IMG/VR virus record: IMGVR_UViG_3300033177_000258
Strand: one strand, 5' to 3'
Source: a virus
Taxonomy: Duplodnaviria > Caudoviricetes
Length of the DNA stretch: 64,000 nt
Every line of letters begins with the position of its first letter. Position 1 is the stretch's first letter. Under the pieces are notes generated by a model. The model did not search any database. It was not told where the DNA came from and saw nothing but the letters and a program-made list of their open reading frames with translations. A program made the translations under genes and the position numbers. Below, piece by piece: positions 58,509 through 64,000 of the stretch.

Positions 58509-58590
58509 GCAGGGCTGCTATAGGTCAGCCATACGCGGCAGCGGCCATATCGCTAGCTGCGAACCCTGGGGTTGCACCATGGTAGTTGAC
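58509..58590 (+). mobile_element. Orphan omegaRNA/right-end remnant of the tnpB1/tnpB4 family
   Basis: Homologous to 2017..2099; ends GGTAGTTGAC. Confidence 0.85.
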
Positions 58591-58627
58591 CAAGAGCTGG
58601 GACACCGGCGCAAGGGAGTGTTGTTGG

Positions 58628-60640
58628 TTGGCTACTAATCGTCTCAATGATTTAAGTAATACGGAGTGGGTTCGCTTTACGAAGAGTTGGGAAATCATCA
58701 ACCCATCCCAGCGCAGCAAGGACAAGCGCGCGCACCCGGCCGCCTACCCCGAGGAGCTTGTGCTCCCCTACATCAGCTTCTTTACCAAGCAGGGCGGCTG
58801 GGTCTTGGAGCCGTTCCTGGGGAGCGGCAGCACCCTCATCGCCGCCATGAAGCTCGGGCGGAACGCGGCCGGCATCGAGCTCAACCCCCACTTTGCCGGC
58901 ATCGCGCGCGACCGCATCCGAGACGCCAGGAAGCGCCTGGACGTGTCAGAACGGGTCGCCCTGGCCACCGGGCCCCAAGTGGACCAGCACGTGCTCTGCG
59001 GCGATTCTCGCTTCGCTGTGGACATCCTGGGCAAGTCCCTGCCCGGCCAGCAGTTCGACTACTGCATCACCAGCCCGCCGTACTGGGATATGCTACACCA
59101 GAAGGGCGCCGAGAACCAGCAGAAGCGGCGCGACGAAGGCCTCCAGACGGTCTACAGCGACAGCACCGATGACATGGGTAACATCCATGACTACGACCAG
59201 TTCGTGACGGAGCTGGTGCAGATGTTCGCCAGGCTGGCGCCCCTGTTCAAGCCGAAAGCCTACCTGACCGTCGTCCTGCAGAACGTCCGCAAGGGCCCCA
59301 AGGTGTACCCGCTGGCCTGGGACTTCGCCATCCAGCTTGACAAGACCGGCGCGTTCGACCTGAGCAACGAGAAGTTGTGGTGTCTCCCACCAGGGGAGAA
59401 GGTTTGGACGACGCGCGGCTCCCTACCCATAGAAGATGTCAACGAAGGCGATGAGGTGCTGTCACACGATGGGGCTCTGCACCGAGTCACTTCCACTATG
59501 TCCCGCCCATGCGAAGGTCCGGTGGTGTCGCTGAAGCCCAAATTGCTCAATCGCGCAGTACGGCTCACGCCCGAGCACGAAGTCTTGGCTATGCCCAGGG
59601 CGACTTACTTTCACGCCAACGGCAAGCGTTTCTTCGAGCCGTTCGCCAACGCTTATCGGCGGGGTCCGCGATGGGTGCCTGCGGGGGAGCTCAAAGACGG
59701 CGACCTTGTGGCTTTCCCGGTTCCTACCGACGAGCGAGACGCAGGACCGATTGATGTGCTGGCCCATATGATGGAGCCCGAAAGGTGGGCTATTGATGGG
59801 GACAGGCTACGCCTGGACAGAGTTGGGGGCAGGGTTTCGACGCTGCCGAGAACCATCGAGCTCACAGACGAGTTCATGGAGTTGGCTGGATGGTATATCG
59901 CCGAAGGTAGCTCCGGCGTTTCTGGGGTTTGCATCGCGAACCATGCGGAAGATGTGAATGTCCGGGTCGCTTGCCTAGTCAGGAAAGTGTTTGGCCTCCC
60001 CGTCAACACCACCCGGCGCGGTGTCTGGTGTTACAGCCGCATGGCTGGTCAGTTGCTGTCTTCGTTGTTTGGGGCAGACTCATACACCAAGCGCATCCCC
60101 GCCGCCTGGCTGCACCTGCCGGTTGACAGGCAGAAGCATCTGCTGCGCGGGATGTGGGGAGGTGACGGGCATAGCCGCCACGACATGGTGGGTTACACCA
60201 CCGCGTCAGAAGAGCTGGCCTTGGCAACTATGTATGTCTCAGCCAGGTGCGGGGCTGTTCCCTCCATTCGGGTCGAGTCGGGCAAGTACCACCACCTCCA
60301 GTTTAGGGCTACCGACGCCCACAACATGCGGTCGCAACTGGCGCTTCCCGAGGAGCAGGAGGGCGAGTTCCGGCGCAGCCAACATTGGTTCAGGGATGGA
60401 TTGGTATGGATTCCTCTCAGTCGCGTCTCTCTTGAGACCTACTCTGGCCCGGTCTACAACCTGTCGGTACAGGAAGCGAACAGTTATACCACATCGGCTT
60501 TCGTCGTCCATAATTGCCAAGACAACAAGAGCCTCTTCCCATTCGCGGTGGGCTCGGCGTTCGTCGCCAACCAGCATCACCACTACTGCCTGAACTTCCG
60601 CAGACCCGTACCCAACACAGCAGAGGTAACAGACGAATGA
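58628..60640 (+). CDS. N4C/N6A DNA methyltransferase (alpha motif order), interrupted by an intein
   Basis: HPAAYP, EPFLGSGST, then ITSPPY; probable TTG start after GGGAG (ORF track starts at 58586). Confidence 0.9.
   Translation: MATNRLNDLSNTEWVRFTKSWEIINPSQRSKDKRAHPAAYPEELVLPYISFFTKQGGWVLEPFLGSGSTLIAAMKLGRNAAGIELNPHFAGIARDRIRDARKRLDVSERVALATGPQVDQHVLCGDSRFAVDILGKSLPGQQFDYCITSPPYWDMLHQKGAENQQKRRDEGLQTVYSDSTDDMGNIHDYDQFVTELVQMFARLAPLFKPKAYLTVVLQNVRKGPKVYPLAWDFAIQLDKTGAFDLSNEKLWCLPPGEKVWTTRGSLPIEDVNEGDEVLSHDGALHRVTSTMSRPCEGPVVSLKPKLLNRAVRLTPEHEVLAMPRATYFHANGKRFFEPFANAYRRGPRWVPAGELKDGDLVAFPVPTDERDAGPIDVLAHMMEPERWAIDGDRLRLDRVGGRVSTLPRTIELTDEFMELAGWYIAEGSSGVSGVCIANHAEDVNVRVACLVRKVFGLPVNTTRRGVWCYSRMAGQLLSSLFGADSYTKRIPAAWLHLPVDRQKHLLRGMWGGDGHSRHDMVGYTTASEELALATMYVSARCGAVPSIRVESGKYHHLQFRATDAHNMRSQLALPEEQEGEFRRSQHWFRDGLVWIPLSRVSLETYSGPVYNLSVQEANSYTTSAFVVHNCQDNKSLFPFAVGSAFVANQHHHYCLNFRRPVPNTAEVTDE
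59381..60514 (+). mobile_element. Intein with LAGLIDADG endonuclease (378 aa)
   Basis: CLPPGE, TPEH, AGWYIAEGS and RGMWGGDG, VYNLSV...VVHN/C. Confidence 0.93.
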
Positions 60641-61008
60641 CACAGCACGCCGTCCAAGAGTTCCTGGTCCGGGGCTTGACTGACCTGGGCAAGCGCATCA
60701 GCACCTTCGTGTCCACCCGAGGCTTCTTCACCCCTCGGTCCATCAACACAGACCTTTGCCCGGTGGCGCTCACCAACGGCGACGCCATGCTGGGTAAGCT
60801 CATGCTCGTCAACACCGAGCTCTGCGAAGCAGCAGAAGCGGCGCGCGACGGAGACATGGAGAACTTCAAGGAAGAGCTGGCGGATGCCGTCATCCGCATC
60901 CTGGACATCTGCGGCGCCTGCGGCATTGACATTGAGGAAGTTATTGCTCAGAAGATGCTGGTGAACGTGGGCCGGCCGCCGAAGCACGGACGCAAGACCA
61001 CCTTGTAG
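60637..61008 (+). CDS. MazG-like NTP pyrophosphohydrolase
   Basis: TELCEAAEA, EELADAVIRILD, K..VN..RP.KHG. Confidence 0.88.
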   Translation: MTQHAVQEFLVRGLTDLGKRISTFVSTRGFFTPRSINTDLCPVALTNGDAMLGKLMLVNTELCEAAEAARDGDMENFKEELADAVIRILDICGACGIDIEEVIAQKMLVNVGRPPKHGRKTTL

Positions 61009-61018
61009 GAGGCGCGAC

Positions 61019-61315
61019 GTGGGGCAGATACACTTTGCGGTGACGGAATACGCTCTGTTGCACAACACATCGGTAGCTTCTATGCCGGTGGGCCAAACAC
61101 TCAGCGATGCTGAGGCGGCCGAGTACCTGACCAAGAAGGAGCGAGCGGTCATCTGCTGTGCTGGAACCCAGCCGCTCTGCGTCTTGGCTCACCACAAGGT
61201 GGTGGCGTCAACCGGCCGCCACCCTCGGCTTCGCGACACCAAGTACGCGGTGGCCGAGACCCGCAGCATCTACACACGCTGGTTCGCAATCGTTGCACAT
61301 CTTGAGGGAGAATAA
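61019..61315 (+). CDS. Hypothetical protein
   Basis: AGGAGG SD, GTG start. Confidence 0.6.
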   Translation: MGQIHFAVTEYALLHNTSVASMPVGQTLSDAEAAEYLTKKERAVICCAGTQPLCVLAHHKVVASTGRHPRLRDTKYAVAETRSIYTRWFAIVAHLEGE

Positions 61316-61932
61316 TGACAGCCAAAGAAATGGCCGCAGCCAATGGTCACAACCTCATCGTCGGCATTGCCGGCGCCTCCAGTTCCAGGAAGACTACCCT
61401 GGGTCGGGCGCTCTGTCGCCTGCTGTCCCCAGGGGCGGAAGTCGTGGAAGAAGTGCCCCGGCACATGTTCGAGCACGGAGCGCCGAAGGGGGCGGACACG
61501 CTTCTCCTGCAGCACTACTTCATGGCTCAGCAGATGCACGAGGAAAACATCAAGAGCCAGGTCTATCCCATCACCATTTCCGATGCGCCGGCCCTGGCCA
61601 TCATCGCGCACTCGTTCCGGTGCAAGGAGCACGGGCTCCCCGAGTCCAAGCTCTTCGCCGACATCATGAAGATGGCGTGGCACTCCATCGGGCGCTATGC
61701 GGTCATCTTCGTGGTCGAGCCCTCGGACTTCCGGCAGGACGGCCTGCGCGACCGCTCGGGCGAAGCCAACAGTCGCGGCATCTACAGTGCTCTGGCTGGG
61801 TTGGGGGAGGTAATGGGGTGGGAGCAGCATGACCCGCCCATCGTCCACCTGACGGGCGAGTACGAGGTGCGGGAGAGGCGGGCGGTCGAGGTCTTGGAGA
61901 AGCTGGCGGCTGGCGCCGAGTTGGTGGAGTAG
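61315..61932 (+). CDS. NadR/AAA_28-like P-loop protein
   Basis: AGASSSRKTT, EVPR, ISD, QDGLR. Confidence 0.7.
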   Translation: MTAKEMAAANGHNLIVGIAGASSSRKTTLGRALCRLLSPGAEVVEEVPRHMFEHGAPKGADTLLLQHYFMAQQMHEENIKSQVYPITISDAPALAIIAHSFRCKEHGLPESKLFADIMKMAWHSIGRYAVIFVVEPSDFRQDGLRDRSGEANSRGIYSALAGLGEVMGWEQHDPPIVHLTGEYEVRERRAVEVLEKLAAGAELVE

Positions 61933-62760
61933 ATGGGAGACACGCAAAACCTGGGACACCAGGCAGGGCGCTGTTACTTCAAGCGGGCTGACGTTCTAGA
62001 CGGTATCCGCGAGTTCGGGTCCTTGGCTGACCTGGTGGTCACCAGCCCGCCATACAACGTCGGCAAGAGCTACGACTCCTGCAACGACCTGTTACCAATC
62101 GGCGAGTACACCTCCTGGTTCGGGAACTGGCTCTTCGCCCTGCACGAGCGGGCCAAGTCGGGTTGCCGCCTGGTCGTCAACGTGCCGGCGCTGGTCAAGG
62201 GCATTGTGGACGAGGACGGGACAGTTGGGACATTCTCCGTCAACGAGGTTCTCTTTCCGTTGTTCTTCAGGTCTGGGTGGAAGCTGTGTGGGGAGGTCAT
62301 CTGGTCGAAGTACGGGGGGAAGGAACAGGAGCGACCGGCTCCGGGGACCGCCTGGGGGAGCTTTGGGAGCCCCTCGGCTCCCTCGATACGCACACACACC
62401 GAGCGCATCTGGTTCTGGTACAAGGGGGACTGGAAGGTGCCGCCGCCGTCGCCCGACCTGGCCGGCGAAATCATAGACCGCACGGACTTTGCCAGGGCGA
62501 CCCACGACATCTGGACCATCCACGGCGAAATGAGCAAGCATCACCCGGCCGTCATGGCCCATGAAGTGGCCCGGCGCGCCATCGCGCTCTGCAGCTACCC
62601 CGGCGCTGTCGTCTACGACCCATTCAACGGACGCGGTACAGTGCCCATCCAGGCTGCGCTAAACGGCCGTATAGGCGTTGGGACGGACCTATCTGAGGGG
62701 TACGTTACCTTGGCGAAACGCGAGGCCCTGGGAGCCCATGTGCCAGCTTACGTGCTGTAG
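61933..62760 (+). CDS. Beta-class DNA methyltransferase
   Basis: VTSPPYN, HPA, DPFNGRGT. Confidence 0.9.
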   Translation: MGDTQNLGHQAGRCYFKRADVLDGIREFGSLADLVVTSPPYNVGKSYDSCNDLLPIGEYTSWFGNWLFALHERAKSGCRLVVNVPALVKGIVDEDGTVGTFSVNEVLFPLFFRSGWKLCGEVIWSKYGGKEQERPAPGTAWGSFGSPSAPSIRTHTERIWFWYKGDWKVPPPSPDLAGEIIDRTDFARATHDIWTIHGEMSKHHPAVMAHEVARRAIALCSYPGAVVYDPFNGRGTVPIQAALNGRIGVGTDLSEGYVTLAKREALGAHVPAYVL

Positions 62761-62787
62761 GCGAAAAGCGCCTGTCTGAGCCCTTCT

Positions 62788-62813
62788 GAGAGACCCCTGC
62801 GGGTCTCTCTTTT
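62788..62813 (+). terminator. Intrinsic terminator
   Basis: GAGAGACCC-CTGC-GGGTCTCTC-TTTT. Confidence 0.75.
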
Positions 62814-62820
62814 GCTTCGC

Positions 62821-62830
62821 GGAATACTTC
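62821..62830 (+). promoter_or_regulatory. GGAATACTTC motif
   Basis: Lies between the terminator and an AAGGAGG SD, a position expected for a promoter. Confidence 0.6.
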
Positions 62831-62869
62831 CCCAAAATGGGGTTTGTTCGCACCCCAAGGAGGTGCCGA

Positions 62870-63082
62870 ATGTCCGCCAAGCAGCCCAAGCGCCCGGCTG
62901 TGCCGGAGCGTCGCACCGCGCCCACCGTCCTCAAGGGCATTCCCATCGAGCAGTGCCCCAGCGGTTGGTGCTACTGCGAGTCGTGCCAGACGTGCTTCAC
63001 GGTTCAGGAATCCATGAAGAATGACAACCGGGATGATTCCTGCCCCGAGTGCGGCAACACGTCACTGACGTATCCGTTGTAG
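62870..63082 (+). CDS. Small zinc-ribbon protein
   Basis: AAGGAGGT SD; CESC...CPECG. Confidence 0.7.
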   Translation: MSAKQPKRPAVPERRTAPTVLKGIPIEQCPSGWCYCESCQTCFTVQESMKNDNRDDSCPECGNTSLTYPL

Positions 63083-63117
63083 TTTTCACTGGTTTTACAG
63101 CCCTGGAGGACGCGCTA

Positions 63118-63693
63118 ATGCCCAGAGCCGCTAAGAACAAAGAAGAGAAGGTGGTGCAGGAGGAGAAGGTGGTAGACGACCGGGAGAGAGTGGGGGAATT
63201 GGTTGAGTTGCTGGTCCCGCTGTTGTCGGTGCAGGGTTGGGACTTAACCATCGAGTACCGTCAAGAGGTCGTCATCAACGGGGAGCCGGCAGAGGCCGCT
63301 ATCGCCATCTTCCCGGCACTGTTGGAAGCGGTCATCTTCGTGGACGAGACCCTTCCGCTAGCACGTAAGATGATGGCGGCCGTTCACGAGTTCGTTCACC
63401 TCTCGCAGCACGAGCTTATCTACGTCGCCCAGGAGTTGGACATCTACCTGCGAGAGCCGGAGCTATCCATCCTGGAGCGCAGGCTTTCCAAGGCTCTGGA
63501 GCCTGCCTGCATCCGCGTCTGCCGGCCGCTCTATGAGATGCTTGGCGGGACATTCCCAGAGCTTCTGGAGGATTGCGAGGCTCCGCTCCTGACACAGGAA
63601 TCGGCGTCCCGCAACCAGACAGGCATCAACTCCATCAGCAGCAAAGAGTTGCGTCAACGAAGCCGGGGCACACCTTACACAGTCCTGGTATAG
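63118..63693 (+). CDS. HExxH-motif protein
   Basis: GGAGG SD; VHEFVH. Confidence 0.6.
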   Translation: MPRAAKNKEEKVVQEEKVVDDRERVGELVELLVPLLSVQGWDLTIEYRQEVVINGEPAEAAIAIFPALLEAVIFVDETLPLARKMMAAVHEFVHLSQHELIYVAQELDIYLREPELSILERRLSKALEPACIRVCRPLYEMLGGTFPELLEDCEAPLLTQESASRNQTGINSISSKELRQRSRGTPYTVLV

Positions 63694-63713
63694 GCGTCGG
63701 GGAGGAGCAACAA

Positions 63714-63741
63714 AGAGGGGGCGGCCAGAGCCGCCCCCTCT
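63714..63741. terminator. Hairpin between convergent genes
   Basis: AGAGGGGGCGGC-CAGA-GCCGCCCCCTCT. Confidence 0.7.
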
Positions 63742-63745
63742 GCTG

Positions 63746-64000
63746 TTACTCTTGGGGGTCGGTCCCGTGTAGCAGACCGCGCCCGATGTCGGTGATTTCT
63801 CGGCCGCGCGGCCCCCGTAGGATAGCTCCGACCTCCTGCAGGTATCGCTCAGCGGCGCAGATGTTGTCTGGGCTCTCGCCCAAGTACGCCGCCATGGCGT
63901 CTATTCCCACGGGCTTGCCGACCTGAACCAACTTCCGCAGGAGCCGGCGCTCCAGAGCGCCCAGCCCGTGGCGGTCTACCCCCATTAGGTCGGCCATCAC
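63746..64000 (-). CDS. ruvB: RuvB Holliday junction helicase, C-terminal part
   Basis: GVD..GL, PVGI..A..LGE, E.YL...G.I.R.PRGR. Confidence 0.85.
   Translation of the reverse strand: MMADLMGVDRHGLGALERRLLRKLVQVGKPVGIDAMAAYLGESPDNICAAERYLQEVGAILRGPRGREITDIGRGLLHGTDPQE

Overview
This is a GC-rich, mostly + strand segment of a large dsDNA bacteriophage genome. Replication, recombination and nucleotide genes: DnaE, beta-clamp-like protein, DnaX, RecA, Rad52-like annealing protein, RecU-like resolvase, partial RuvB, UvrD, SNF2 helicase, class III RNR plus activase, dNMP kinase, MazG and a UDG-HD fusion. Other cargo: four glycosyltransferases, radical SAM and methyltransferase genes, three DNA MTases, cell-wall hydrolases, GroES, a sigma factor and a dispersed tRNA cluster. 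Selfish nucleases are abundant: 5 tnpB genes, 2 orphan omegaRNA or right-end remnants, 3 inteins, 5 HNH genes and 1 LAGLIDADG-like gene. The main candidate system is a set of five nuclease+tRNA cassettes. Each nuclease gene follows a shared GGAATACTTC motif and is bracketed by tRNAs or tRNA 5' stubs for the same amino acid. Four of these genes take their stop codon from inside the downstream tRNA. Also notable are Arg and Glu tRNAs with long variable arms, non-canonical CAU tRNAs, a ~165-nt tRNA-framed ncRNA, and TnpB right ends that coincide with stop codons of convergent genes. All calls were made by eye and no database searches were run.
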